Positions 39,196 to 53,767 of a stretch of 64,000 bases of DNA are shown in pieces; the stretch's first letter is position 1, and every line of letters starts with the position of its first letter. Both the position numbers and the translations under genes were made by a program. Source of the DNA: the human T2T-CHM13v2.0 reference genome, Homo sapiens; the NCBI RefSeq assembly GCF_009914755.1, contig NC_060932.1. One strand, 5' to 3'. The notes beneath the pieces are model-generated. The model saw nothing but the letters and a program-made list of their open reading frames with translations. It was not told the DNA's origin and did not search any database.

Positions 39196-39196
<1 letters not shown>

Positions 39197-41978
39197 TTAT
39201 AATTTATTTATTGGGTGTTTTAAAACTGTACGCTCTAGGAAATGACTATGGATGAAAGCCTAGAACTTATATACCAGTAAAAAACAAATACAAATATGAT
39301 ACTAATTAAAACTATAGCAAGATATAAAGTTCACCCAGAAAACATCACCTTGTTGAGAAGAGTCTGTTTAAAGATACAAGTCAGAATACAAAGGCTGGCA
39401 CCTTGTCCTTAGTGAATTAAAAATTCCAGAGTCCTTCATGGATTTGAAACTTGCCATTGGAATTATAAATATTGCCATATTGATAGATATACCTTGACAG
39501 TTATGAATAGTAGCAGTAATAATAATGATGATAAATGTTATCTGAAATAAACAATAGCTAATACTTTATTGTTAGCCAAGAACTCACTCTCCACGTATCA
39601 TCTCATTTGATAGAACAGTCCTGATGACAATATAGAGCTCATCACAGGCAGTTCAGAAACAATCCCATGCATTATTAACGGATGTCCCGAAGCATCGGCT
39701 CTCAGAACAAGAGCGACTCATTGAGTCCAGCTGGATCATTCTACAGATGATAACAATAGCCAACATTTGTTAAGCCAGGCCCAGTGCTACACATTTTACA
39801 TTCATTATCTCATTTAATCCTCATCCCCAGTTTGTTGGTCAGGAAACTGAGACTTAGCAATGTTAAGCAATTTATGATGGTTACTCAACTAGCAAATGAG
39901 AGAGCCAGGCTGTGTGGTTGAAAGGTGTTATCCTTGTGGCTCAAGATACACTTCTAGTTCGGTCCTACACAACTTCATGTTCTTTACTAGCAGAGCTAAG
40001 ATATGACAAACTTTCTGCCTTGGAGCAAAGGGTCCAAAAGAAGACAAATGAAAGAGAACCTATACTAACTAGCCATTTGCCCTTTGGAAAATCAGCATCC
40101 CCCAGCCTTGTCTTCTGCAAAACAAGACCCTTAGACTGAATGCTCTCTAAAGAATCATTCAGCTCTAACATTTGATGATACCATAAAATATATCATGCGT
40201 GGTAATAGGCAAGTGTGTTGGGAAGGGAAATTTTGCTATTTAACAAAAAAAAAAAAAAAAAGAAAGGAAGACAGGAATAAGCATAGCTACTTCTGAATTC
40301 TAGAGAAGCAGCAGAATTCCTCCCAGGGGACTCTTAAAATGCATCCTATTAGGCCTTTTGGTTGTTAGTATATTTCTTATAAAAGAGTTTTAAAAGCCCT
40401 CTGGTGCCCATAAGTAAGTGATTTCTGTACTTCAGAATCCTTCTCAACACAGGGCCCCAGGCAGCCACCAATAAATGATCAAAGTGGGCTTGCAAGATAA
40501 AATGCATTTTATATCCTTCCTACAAAAGGATATCTTGGTTTTAAAAAAGCATATGCCTTGCAGACATCTCATGGTTATACTGTAGTGGTCAAATAAATGG
40601 TGAATGGGTGACAGCCTGTTGGACAAGTGCAAGTCCTGCTAAATGCATTGCCAAGGACAAGGTTAAAATGCATCTGGAAATGAGGTAGTCCAATGACCAC
40701 AGTCCAAGTTGTGGTCATTGGTTGGCTTTGACAGTGACATTCATAAACTCTCAGTATTACAGCCTAACACCTCTGGGATAGAAATTGATGTATCCACTTT
40801 CAGCCAGGAGAGAAAGAGAGAAGCTTCTCGGGGAGAGTCCACACTCCCCACCATGGGGCTCCCTCTCTGGGAAGACAGTAGCTACTCTCAGCATGCCAGC
40901 TCCCACAGGGCTCACAGACAAAACATCATACAGATGAAAGCACCCTATCAATCTAGTTTACTTCTCTCTCCTTTGGGAGTGAAGATGAGCTTGTGGGATC
41001 ATAGCAACAAACTGTAAATAATGGTTGCAGGGACAAATGGAGGACGAGAGCATCTGGGCAGGCTCCTGGCTGCTGCTGCATTCCAGGTCCGCCTGCTTCA
41101 GTCACCACCACGCCCAACTCAGAGACACCTCCCGAAGGCAGTGTGTGTCCTCCTGGATTTTATTTCTGCTGCACTTTGCCTTCCTATTCCTGCCAACTTC
41201 TGTTTGTTAAAAGTTGAATGATACAACCATAGCTGAGTGAAAACACGGCCGGCAAATCTAGCTTTCTTCTCAAAACTGGGCACTCCCATGAGGTCCTTTG
41301 ATTCTCTGTGAGAAGGGAAAATGATATCTCCTGAGGTATCCAGCTGGGTAGTTAGTCAAATATGTACATGGAGTGGCCACTGAGTGCCAGGCTCCGGGGA
41401 TGCAAGTGAATACAAGGGGTGGGGAGGGCATGGGTCTTATTTCATGGTCCTAGCGGTTTAGATGGGAAGACGACTGAAATAACTAACTACCAATAACAAA
41501 TGAAAATATGGCTAAGTGCCAAGTGCTGTGAGGGAGGACAGTGGGCAATGGGAGCTCCAGATGGGGACCAACCGGGTGTGGGTTCTATGTGGTGAAAGTT
41601 CACACACACTCACTGACGTGTGAATATCCACGGAGCTTTATAGCCATAGCTACACCCTTACCGTCACTCCCTCTCTGCATCAATCTCAGGCATTTCCCTA
41701 AAAATGCACTCCCAAGTCCAGGGTTAAGCCATGTTTTCCAGCTCCTAGAAGCAGTGCTGGCAGCAGCAGTGGTTGGGTCCATAGTGGTGGTCAAGGCAGG
41801 ACCCACAGCAGGAAGACTCTGGTGCTACAGCAGCAGCAGCAACGTGGTTCTAATGGCAGCAGCCTCTGTGATGAACTGAACTCCCTGGGTGCATCATTTT
41901 GCCTTTTTCTCCATGGCCTGAGGAGCAGTAGCAACTCTCCGCAGTTACTAATCTGTGGTTTCCCTTACTGTTCTCCTT

Positions 41979-42088
41979 ATGCCATCTAGATTTTTCAGTC
42001 AACTCCCCAAATAGAATTCTCTCTGATTGAAATATGCCATCTAGATTTTTCAGTCAATTACCCAAATAGAATTCTCTCTGATTGAAAT
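41979..42088. repeat. 2 x 55-bp tandem duplication inside an old ERVL-type LTR (about 41580-42130)
   Basis: atgccatctagatttttcagtcaa...ctctctgattgaaat twice, 2 mismatches. Confidence 0.93.
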
Positions 42089-42786
42089 CTCTGGCATGTT
42101 TCAGTTTTCCTGACTGGACACTGACAGACACAGGGTGCAAAGATGTCTAAGAGGTGGCCGTGCCTTCATGGTCTGCTGAGGACACACCCTCGGCCTTCCC
42201 AGTGGTGACATTTGAGTTCTCTTCTCACTTCGCTGAGAGCGACGGGGTAAAGAAGAGAAACCCCTTCACTATCCCCAACTAAATGTGTCCTAGCTTGACT
42301 CATTGTGGGGACTAAGAGCTTTCTCTCACTAAATGTAGGTATCCCAAAGCTTTGTGAATTGCTAGAAGTAACTTGAGAAAAATAGAAAGCAGTGGAAAGC
42401 ATGTGCTGAAGGAAACTTAGCCAGGGAACAGAGAAGTACGAAGGACAGAAGGCGACCTACAGAGAGGACTCAGAAGGTTAAGAGTGAGCAGTAAGTAGGA
42501 AGAAGCAGAATTCAGGTTTGTCAAGGCCACCTCAGCCTGTTGGCCAGACTGGGTGTGATGAAGGAGGAATGAGCTTCCAATCTGCTCAGGGAATTGGGAT
42601 ATTTCTGCACAGCCAATTTCAGTCTAAAGCTGGGTTTATATCTGCAACCTCTCTATAACATGGTGGCTAAGGCATGGCTTGTGTGTCAAATCACACACTA
42701 GCTACACGATTTTGAGCAGGTTTTTATACTTTTCTGAGCCTCAGTTTTCTCATCTGTTTAACAAAAAAATAGTAGAATGGGGGGAA

Positions 42787-43185
42787 TATGATGGTCAATT
42801 TTAGGTATCAATTTAGCTGGACCATGGCATCTAGATGTTTGGCCAAACACATCTGGATGTTGCTGTGAAGGTAATTTTTTTAAATTTGAGGTTAATGTTT
42901 AAATCAGTAGATTTTGAATAAAGCAGATTATCTCCATAAAATGGTGGGTCTCATCCAAGCAGTTGAAAGCCTTGAGAAAAAGACTGACCTCTCTTGAGGA
43001 AGAGGGAGTTCTTAGCCTTCAGACTTGAGCGGCTTCATCAACTCTTCCTTGGGTTTCCAGCCTGTCTTGTAGATTTTGAACTTACCAGGCCTCCTCCAAT
43101 TGCAGAAGCCAATTCCAATTCTTGAAATTAATCTAAATTAATCTCTCTCTCTCTCCCTCTCTCCCCTCCCTGGAGAACTACTATA
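42787..43185 (+). mobile_element. MLT2 (ERVL) solo LTR
   Basis: tgatggtcaattttaggtatcaatttagctgg...aaatcagtagattttgaataaagcagatta...ctggagaac. Confidence 0.8.
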
Positions 43186-43637
43186 GAGAGTAATCATTTC
43201 TACATTGCCAAACATGGAAGCCTCATAGCTTTGGAAGCCATTACTCAGCCTCCTACAACTTGGTTCCCTGGGCTGGGCTGATGCCCTGAGTTCAGAGGCG
43301 TTTACATTATGCCCTAAGTAACAGCAAAAATCAAAGCCCCACTGATAGGAAGAGAGGTCATACCATGAGCCCCCAAGACAGCCCACTTCAAGACCCAAGG
43401 GATGAATAGGGCATGTTTGCTGAAGGGAGACCCCGTAATCCTGCCAAAGACTGACTCCTTGGCTGCCTTCCAGAAGCTTAGCTTGAATCAGAAGAGGCCT
43501 TGGCTGGGCTCATTCTTCTGAGGGGAATGGGTAAGGGGAGGAATGGCAGAGTCAGCCCCAGCAGAAGTTTATACTGGCCCAGGAATTCATTTGGGAAAAA
43601 CAGTCTGACTACTAGACCGATTAAAAGGAGGACTCAC

Positions 43638-43965
<328 letters not shown>

Positions 43966-44939
43966 ACTCACAAATCCTTTTTTCCCTAATCTGTGGAACT
44001 TTCTGTGCCAAGAAAAGCAGCTTAATTTTTTTGACATAGCAAACTTTTTCTCCCATGTCCAGCTCCAATCTCAAGGAGGAGAAAACCATCTATCTTCATC
44101 TGTGCTAGCAGGCTGCTCAGTATGAGAACATGGAGGACTGAAATGATTAAGCCTGACAGGCAAGTACAGTTTTCTTTTTGCACAGGGAACGGGAGCAGCA
44201 GGCAGGAAAATTCTCAACTTTAGCTCTCTTGCTCTCTGGTCCTCACTCTGACATCATTGGCCCCTCACTGAATCTGCTTTCTTCTCTGTAGCTGCTGTAT
44301 TCTTGGTCTACAGCTTTAGTCTCTCCTTTTCTCCCACAGCCCCTGCTTGTTTAGCCCGGAGTGTGCGCAGATGTAAAACCATTACTCTTCAATCTTTACT
44401 TCCCTGGTGATTCTTCTGAGAGGTGCCCTGCACAGATGTTGGCAATGCCCAACTCTATCCCCTCTGCATTTACCATCACTGTAAATGTAGCCCAACTCTC
44501 ACCTGCCAATCAGCACCCATGATGCTTTTCCCACAGCCTCGCTCTAACTGTTACAGCTCCCTCTACCCACTGTGCCCTCTGGGGCCCACCCAGCTCCCTC
44601 TGCCCTCAGATAGGATGACTCCAAGGCCTGTGCTCTATGCTGGCTCCCAGCATTCCTCAGTGTCCACAGCAACAACTTGCCTGATGAGGGGCTTTACTTG
44701 GCTGCCTTCCCATCTCAGTCTTACTGCCCCACTCCTCACCAGTGCTTCCTGCAATCACCTCCCAAAAACTACAGTAGTCCCCTCGTATCTACAGTTTTGC
44801 TTACCAAAGTTTCAGTTACCCGCAGTCAATCCAGTCCAAAACTATCACATCACTATTCTTGTGCTTTGGGGCCAGTCTTAAGTAAAATAAAGGGGACTTG
44901 GACACAAGCAATACCATGACAATTTGATAACTGAGAGGG

Positions 44940-45324
44940 TGTATTAGTCTGTTTTCACTCTGCTATAAAGAACTGCTCGTGACTGGGTAATTTATAAAGG
45001 AAAGAGGTTTAATTGACTCACAGTTCAGCATGCCTGGGGAGGCCTCAGGAAACTTACAATCATGCAATCATGGCAGAAGGCCAAGGGGAAGCAAGGCACC
45101 TTCATAAGGCTGCAGGGAGGAGACGCACCAAGGAAGGGATAAGAGCCCCCTTATAAAACCATCAGATCTTGTGAGAACTCACTCACTATGAGGAGAACAG
45201 CATGGGGGAGACTGCCCCCATGATCCAATTACCTCTGCCTGGTCTCTCCCTTGACACATGGGGGGTTATGGGGATTACAATTCAAGATGAGATTTGGGTG
45301 GGGACACAAAGCCCAATCATATCA
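44940..45324 (-). mobile_element. MSTA/THE1-type MaLR solo LTR inside MER44
   Basis: tgtattagtctgttttcactctgcta...aatcatatca; perfect TSD gaggg. Confidence 0.92.
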
Positions 45325-45737
45325 GAGGGCTACTAGGTGACTCAAGGTGAGCAGTGCCACAATGTGGAGATGCTGGACACAGGGAAGACTCATGTCCTGG
45401 GTGGGATGGTGCGATATTTTGTCATAGTACTCAGAACTGAGCCCTATTCAAAACTTATGCATTGTCTATTTCCGGAATTTTACATTTACATCACAATGCC
45501 TACATCATTCACCTCACTTCATCTCATCACGTAGGCATTTTATCATCTCACATCATCATAAGAAGGGCGAATACTGTACAATAAGATATTTTGAGAGAAA
45601 GACTACATTCACATAACTTTTATTATAGTATATTTTTATACTTGTTCTATTTTATTATTAGTTATTATTGTTAATCTCTTACTGTGCCTAATTTATAAAT
45701 TAACCTTTATCATGTATAGGTATCTATAGAAAAAAAC

Positions 45738-45743
<6 letters not shown>

Positions 45744-45801
<58 letters not shown>
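45744..45801. repeat. Perfect (TA)29 microsatellite
   Basis: Read directly. Confidence 0.97.
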
Positions 45802-45806
<5 letters not shown>

Positions 45807-47336
45807 AGGATTCTGTACTCTCTGCAGGTTTCAGGCATTCACCAGGGAACGTATCACCCATAGATAAGGGGGCTGCCATATTTGCACTTGGATTCTTGCC
45901 TCAGGGTCTGCTTCTGGGAGAAATGTGAGCTGGAACATCCTCCTGTCATCTCTGGCACTCCCTGTGTTCCCCACATGCCCATGGGCATGAGCCTTGGAGC
46001 AAACTTTCCTATCTACTATTATGGCTTCATACCTTGAAATCTGCTCACTTTGGTAATAATGGGAGAAAGCAGATAGGGCCCAGCATTTCCTTGCTGTTCG
46101 TTGTCAGCCAAGATTGTTCGCTCCTGTTTGCTTATTATCTCATTTTTACACCCTACTTTAGCTTCTCCCACAATAAACACACACAGGCTTCCTTCTAGAA
46201 GCTATCCCAATGTTGGTCTATGGTAAGCTTCAAGTTTTTCTTGCTATTTTGCTTCTTTCTCATTTTTTAACCCATCTCTCTCTCTCTCTGTTTAAAAGAG
46301 ATTGGTTCACGACCTCTGGAACAATTCAAACCCATCACGTGACCTCCTTCTTCTACTCCCAAGCCAAGTGCAGGCAAATGGCTCTCCTAAGGAATCTTCA
46401 GTCATCACTTGCCCCCATTGCAACTCTGTCAAATCAGAAACTGACCTTCCTGAGTCAGCCCCTTTCAAAGCTATTATTATTTATCTTTCTGGTCTCCAAA
46501 TGCCCTCAATCTAGTTGACATCATTTTAATGCAGACAGGCTTGAACTATACCCAGGGTGGCTCGGCATCCATTGACTTGCATCCTGTCATTTCCAGCAGT
46601 GACAGGACCCCTAAGTCAGCTTTGCCCCGAAGTGAGGTCGATGACCTCAGTAATTATTGCTTCACTCCTGGGTGTCTCTCGCTGTGTGTGGCCATTAATT
46701 CCTGGCTGATAGTAATGCTTGTTCAGTGTGATTTAAAAAACAAAACCTAATACAAATAACTATTCCTGTTGCTGGTAATTGGATCAAACTTCCTCAATGT
46801 TATCCCTAACAGAACCCAACTCTCTGGAGAAACCCTTGATTGGGATTTGGAAGATTGAAAGGTCAGTGTTCAACTCTGTCCCTACCTCTCCAGGTCTTCC
46901 TTTTTGCCTATCCCATAAGTTTCTAAATGACTTTGAGGTTGGTGGGTGCGGGGAAGCCATGAAGGTCAATGCAAATCTCCTGGGCTTTGAAATCCTGACA
47001 TCCGGGTTATATCTCAGTTCTATCATTTGCTCGGCATGTGGCCCCTAAACAAGTTAACCACCACTCTGAGCCTCAGTTTCCTCAAGTGTAAAATAGGAAA
47101 GATAAAATCTACCTGCACATTAAAAGTGACACAGTGTATCTAATTCATGGGTCAATTATGGAGAGGAGTGTGTTGAAATATTTCACTATGATGGTGGATT
47201 GGTTGATTTCTTCTTGAAGTTCTGATAATGTATACGGAGAACTTAGCACAGGGCAGGCATGGTCGGCACTAAATAAACACACACATTTAACCGGCGGAAA
47301 GCTAACGTAGGGTGATAGATACAACATTTTATTTTT

Positions 47337-47690
47337 CACAGCCATAAAAAAGAAAGAAATCATGTCCTTTGCAGCAACATGGATGCAGCTGGAGGCCATT
47401 ATCCTAAGCAAATTAACACAGGAACAGAAAACCAAATATTGCATATTCTGACTTACAAGCGGGAGCTAAACACTGGGTACTCGTGGACATAAAGTTGGCA
47501 ACAATAGACAGTGGGGACTACTAAAGGGAAGAGGCGGAAGGAGGGAAAGGCAGAAAAACTAACTGCAGGGTACTATGCTCAGTACCAGGATGATAGATCA
47601 TTCGTACTTCAAACCTCGGCATCATGCAATACACCCATGTAACAAACCAGCACGTGTACCTCGTGAATCTAAAATAAAAGTTGAAAAAAA
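47337..47690 (+). mobile_element. L1PB/L1PA-type 3' end
   Basis: gaaatcatgtcctttgcagcaacatggatgcagctggaggcc...gaatctaaaataaaagttgaaaaaaa. Confidence 0.9.
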
Positions 47691-48285
47691 GTCATATGTG
47701 CTATGTTTGAATTCCAGCTTATGCATCTATTAGCTGTGTGAGCTTTGAAAAAAAAAAAAAAAACACTTAAATGAGTACTAGTTCTTCATTTGTAGAATGG
47801 TGGTAACAATTCTAGATATATGGTGGGCATTCAGCATTTCCTATTTTTCCTGTATTTCTTTTCAACTACTTCAAAGTTGAGGTAGTCAATAGTGTGGACT
47901 CAGTATAATCGATTAGGGCGAAATGTGTTTGTCATTTGTTGTTGCTTTGTTATTATTTTGCCCCATGTCTTCTAATGTTAAACTTTCCAATTAAACAAAA
48001 TATGGCAAAGCCTGAGACCACGCTTAGTTAACAAAAAGGTAAAATCTAAAGGTCTTACTGTCCTGTATGCCCCAGGTGGGGATTAAGCCACATATAAAAG
48101 TGTGAACCTTATCTCCTAAGATTCAATAAATGTATTTTATTTTGTTAGAAAGCAATTTCCTTCAGGCTTAGGTCAGAATTTCTCTGAAATAAAATGGCAA
48201 CATATCACTACTTTGTCACAATTCTCAGTAAATCATTAGAGCTGTGAAAAATAAATTTCATTTTTAACAAAACATCTTTCTAGAT

Positions 48286-48603
48286 CAGGGTCAGCAAACT
48301 ATATGGCCCGTGGGCTAAATCTAGTACACTGCCTATTTTTGTATTTTTTACATTTTAAAATGTCCTTTTAGAAAAATTAAAAGAAGAAGAATATTTTACA
48401 ACACAAGAAAATGATGTGAAATTCACATTTCTGTGCCCATAAATAAAATTTTATTGGAACTCAGCCACACCTATTCATTTATGTATTATCTTTGACTGCC
48501 TTCATGCTACGAGAATCGAATAGTTGCAGCAGAGACCATATGGGCCACAAAGCCTAAAATATTTTCTACCTGGCCCTTTATATAAAAAGTTTTCCATCTT
48601 CTG
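48286..48603 (+). mobile_element. MER58 (hAT-Charlie) DNA transposon
   Basis: cagggtcagcaaacta...ctg termini; 8-bp TSD ttctagat/atctagat. Confidence 0.85.
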
Positions 48604-49107
48604 ATCTAGATTCGAGATCGATGGTTTATTTAAACTATGTTAACTCTAAAAAACTGCCTCCAAGTTACCTCAAGTAAGAGGGATTTATCATCAGGCTCCA
48701 GGTTTCCACAGAAAGAGCTGGGGCAATCCTAGAGCAAGGTGCTGGCGTGCAGTAGGCTGCCGTCCTTGAGCGGATGCCTCACTGACAGCGACGGAGTTCC
48801 AGCCATGCTGCACTTGCTCCAGCCACTGACTTAGAGACAGCAACCTGTACAGGCACCAAGCAAAAGAAGAAATCTGGAGATCTCAATGAGACCAGGAAAA
48901 TCTCTCTTCAATATTTCAAACCTTTCAAAAGCCAGGTTGGTTTTCATTTCCTTATCTTCCTACTGTTGACTGAGTTCTAGCTACGAGGTGCTGTGCTGAA
49001 CACTTAGATCCATTGTGTCCTTGACTCTTCTTAAGAGTTCTGTGAGGTCAGTGTGATTATCTCCATTTGACGGCTGAATAATCTGAGACTGAGAGAAATT
49101 AAACAAT

Positions 49108-49539
49108 ATGTCTGCTTTCGTTTGTCCCCTCCAAAACTCATGTTGAAGTTTGATTCTCAGTGTGGCAGTATTGGGAGGTGGGGGCTAGTGGAGATGTTTG
49201 GATCATGGGGGCAGATTTCTCATGAATAGATTAGGGCCCTTCTTCTGGGCTGAGTTCTCGCTCTCAGGAATGGATTAGTTCTGGAGAGAGCAGGTTGCTA
49301 AGAAGAATCTGGCTTCTTCAGTCAGCGCTCTTGCTTCCTATCTCTCCATGTGATCTCTGCACAGACCCACTGCCCTTCTACTTTCCACCATGAGTTGAAG
49401 CAGCCTGATGCCCTCAGCAGATGCAGCTGCCCAATCTTGAACCTTCCAGCCACCAAAATTATAAGCCAAATAAATCTTTTCTGTATAAACTACCCAGTCT
49501 CAAGTATTCTGTTATAGCAACACCAAACAAAGTAAGACA
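49108..49539 (+). mobile_element. MST-type MaLR solo LTR inserted in a MIR
   Basis: gtttgtcccctccaaaactcatgttgaag...tattctgttatagcaacaccaaacaaagtaagaca; MIR sequence resumes afterwards. Confidence 0.85.
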
Positions 49540-52087
49540 ATGTCCAAGGCCACCCACCTACAAAGTGTGGATTTGAGGTTTTAAACTCAATTTTTCTGAC
49601 TTCAAGAGCCCCTGGTTCTACTCATTATACTCTACTATCTCATCTATGCATTTTTTTTCTAAGAAATGGAAAGCAAAAGCATGTACATTTTAAAATAAAG
49701 TCTGAGCTCTTGTCTGTTTTTCACTTTATTAAGGCTATGGAGTTGGGTACAAATCCATCACTGTGGGATCCCAGATGCAGTTAGTTGATTATACCTGAAA
49801 GGTGTAATAACTTGCTTAAATGAAGCTTCATTCATAACCACCAGTGTTCACTCTATCTCCCGAGATGTCCAGTGATTAATTTCTCACACACTCGGGATTT
49901 GGAAACTTAAACGTGAAAGTGAGTGGCTCGGCAACCCTCCAAACTGGACTATGATGTGACTTTTCCCCTGGAGGTGCCACCACTATTGTGAAAAGCATCA
50001 CTAAGACTCAATCTCCATGTAGGAATATAGTCCATTTGGATTGCATAAGAAACACACAGTCTAGGATGCAGGGGTGTCCTGGATGTCCATTTGGTGCAGA
50101 CTCCTGTGCAGTCCCCCTGAGAACTCAGGAACTTAGCCTGTTGCAGAACATATGATGGGCCCCAGGGAGAGGGCAGAGGGATCTTCCCAACATCCCTCAA
50201 AAGATCTGAAAGGAGACATTGAGTTTTATAAAGAATGATTGTCTTCAGGTAGCAACTAAAAGCTAAATTTTGCGTCCCCAGGAGATCCTGATAAGGATTC
50301 TGTCTTAAAATCCTAAAAGCTGTCTTTTGGCAGAAATGCTCCAAGCAATATTTTTTTAAGTTTCAAGTGTAAAATATGAGTGGCATATGTATGCTCATTT
50401 ATATTAATGTTATAAAACTCATCAAACATAAAAAGATGAAGTATATGACCAGTATTAGCAATGGGCCTAATCTATTTTTTAAAGAAGGAGAATACAATAT
50501 ATGTCTAACACAAATATCAAAAATAGACCCCCCAAAACCCTGTAAAATAACTAACTAGCACAAATGGTTACAGGATGCTGATCTATGCCCAGTGGCCAAT
50601 GTGAGGTGCAATCACAGATCAGGTTGGGGATAAACAGTTTATGTCAGTGAGGCTGCTTTGGGTGTCTGGGAAATAGACCAAGCTGACAGAGGGCAGAGGA
50701 CTCTATGGAAGGAAGGCCCTGGGGATCTAGAGTCAGGAAAATCAAGAATGAAAGCATAAATGACAGAAAAGAAAAAGCACCTCCCATCCTCCTGTCAATG
50801 GTAGATGGCAGACTGGGTCATGCATTTCTCTGTTCTCCCCTCCCATTCCCTCCCTGTCTCCCTCCCCTGTCCCCAGTAACAACCTCTCCAAACAGTATCA
50901 GGACTTGAGTCATCAAAACCATCTTTGTGGATCTTGTACTTACAGTCCTCTCTCTTTGATTTAAAAAGAGATATTGCCCCCACTTCCTATGACCTGCCGT
51001 TTCTTGGTGACATGCTCTCCTAGCACAGCTCCCAGGATTCTGTCCATAGTGGTGCCAGGAAGTGGGCACACTTTGGCCTTTCTGGATGTGACAAGACACC
51101 GTCTTTACCGGGAAAGCAAGCCAGTTGTGGGGGAAGAAGTTGACTATTCAGGTAATTGTTCTGATTGCATCTGAATCTCTGGACACAGAGTGAGGCTGGG
51201 AGGTCAGGAAGTGATGAGGAGTTCTGAGGTGGGGTGGAATGGGGGAATATTACCTCTCTTCCAAGCAGTGACATCACATGAAGAAATACCACCTGCGAGT
51301 AGTGAGAAAAAGCCCAGGATGATTCAATAACACTGTAGCAGAGGGCGAGTCTCCCATGCTAAGGACAGGCTATGTGGCCATCTTCAATAACTCCATCCCA
51401 CCCATCCCCCATGCTTTAGCACTTGCCATTTCCCAGCACCATGCTCAGCAGAGTACATATAACGAATGCAAAGACAAGTCACGCAGCACATAATAGGCAC
51501 TTAGCAAATATTTGTTGAATGGATATGAATGAATAACTAAAGACAGTCTCTGCTCTCAAAGTTTTCACACTCCAATAGAGGAGATGCAAGCATGGAAAAT
51601 GTAGTGCTAAAACAAAGGTGTGAACTGGAAACCATACCAGAACACAGGGGTGACTAATTACTTCTATTTGGGTGGGTCAAAGAGGATTGAGTCTGGGTTT
51701 TGAAAGAAGAGTAGAAGTTTTTCAGTTGCAACCCAGGCAGAGAAAATACCATATGCAAAAGTACAGAGGCTAGTATATGCAAAAGTATAAAATAGAATAT
51801 GCAAAAGTATGACATAGTTGGGGAGCTGGAGCTGTTCAATATGGCTGGAGAGGTAAGTATAGTACTCGGGATGAGGGGAGGATCACGACTGAAAAGGTCA
51901 AGAATTGAATCATAGAAGGCTTGACGTGTTTTCCCAAGAAGTATGAAATACCATCCTGTATGGGATGGATATATCAGCATCCTGTAACCATTCACTTTAG
52001 TTAGTTATTTGTTTTACAGGGTTTTTGGCATATTTTTTAGTATTTGTGTTTAACATATATTTTATGCTACTTCTTTAAAAAAAGATT

Positions 52088-52390
52088 GGCCGGGTGCTGT
52101 GGCTCACACCTGTAATCCCAACACTTTGGGAGTCCGAGGTGGGCAGATGACCTGAGGTCGGGAGTTCAAGACCAGCCTGACCAACATGGAGAAACCCTGT
52201 CTGTACTAAAAATACAAAATTATCTGGGCATGGTGGCACATGCCTGTAATCCCAGATACTCAGGAGGTTGAAGCAGGAGAATAAGTTGAACCCAGGAGGC
52301 GGAGGTTGCAGTGAGCTGAGATCACGCCATTGCACTTCAGCCTGGGCAACAAGAGCAAAACTCTGTCTCAAAATAAATAAATAAATAAAT
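52088..52390 (+). mobile_element. AluSp-like with (TAAA)n tail
   Basis: cctgaccaacatggagaaaccc diagnostic; aaagatt duplication. Confidence 0.93.
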
Positions 52391-53767
52391 AAAAGATTAA
52401 GCCCATTGTTAATATCCGAATATATACTTCACCTTTTAATGTTTTATGAGTTTTATAACCTTAAAATATGCTGCTCATTTTTTTATGAATGATTTCATTT
52501 TTCAAGAACTAGTAATTCAATTGATTGGATTGGGTGGACTACGGTTATTCATTGGATGAGGAGAAATTGAATTTAGGCAAAATCTTCCTGTCAGGTTTGG
52601 GTAGGCACACACTCAGCCAGCCCTATCATTTCAGCCTGAAAGAACCTGTCCTGCAGCGTGCTGTGACTAAGGTGCCTATCCCCTCTGGGGGTTCCAACGT
52701 GGGGGTGTGCGTAGACTCTGGACCCCGCACGCCGGGCAGTGTGTGGACAGTGGTGGCTGGTGCCTGATGCTGCCATGCTGTTCTTCGCACTGGCTCCAGG
52801 TTTCCTCTCACATTCAGTCTTGCCTCAAGACATAGGACAAATGGAAATAAACTGTCGCAGTTGGCCCCTTTCCCAGAGAAATTATATTTAGCCTCCAAAA
52901 GCAGCAGGCTTCAAAATGGCATGGTTGTCTCAACTAAAAATGGCCATCCGGAAGGAGCTGGATTATGGGAAGCCATCCAGAGATGAAGAACAGGCCACTT
53001 TGAGGCAATGATTATTATGTGCTTCAAGGAGTCCTGTTCTCAAGTCCTCATGGACTGGGCCAAATTAAAACAGATGGGCACATGACATTTAGAAGCAACC
53101 ATAAAAAGGGCTTATCTGGAGGGTCCTAGGCCCAGAGCCAAGGCTGGCCAAGGCAAATTTCAGCCAACTTCAAATTTATGCTCCACAACATAGATAGCAT
53201 TTACTATGTCATAATATTGAAGGCCTTTTAGGGCAAAAGACGCAAACAGACATCATACAAAGGGAATGATAAAAGTGTCAAACGTATGTTTTTTAAAGCT
53301 CAATCTTTGCCAAGAAACAAAATATAAAATACCATTTTTCAAAAATGTTTTAAAAATAATTATAGATAGTAAAGTTTTGGGAAATAGGTATTCTCTTACA
53401 ATGCTAATAAGAATATAAATTAGTTGAGCTATTTAGAGTTTTGTTTTAGAAAAAGCACTTTGACTAAGGGGTGGAGAATGGATTGGAAGGGCTCAAAATT
53501 TAAGGCAAGGAGACCACTTAGGAGATAGGACAAAAGCAGAGGGGAGAGTAGCCTGAATAGGGCAGTGGCAGAGGGGTGCAGGAAGTGAACAAAATCAAGA
53601 AGTATAACTCACAAGTCTTGAGAATTGATTGGATTGAGTACCTGGGTGGACAATGGCCATTCATTGAAAGAGGAGACATCATCATCACCATCACCATCAG
53701 TGCAAACTTTTATAGACCGCTGAGTAGGGTGAAGCACTGTTTTGAACACTTTAAAAGTATTAATGTG

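Larger units (their letters stand above)
44772..45878 (+). mobile_element. MER44/Tigger7-derived DNA transposon
   Basis: TA|cagtagtcccctcgtatc ... gataagggggctgcca|TA: degenerate terminal inverted repeats and TA TSD. Confidence 0.8.
44440..45940 (+). mobile_element. Old ERVL LTR (LTR16-like) split by MER44
   Basis: cttcctgcaatcacctcccaaaaacta ... tttgcacttggattcttgcctcagggtctgcttctggg join across the DNA transposon. Confidence 0.55.
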
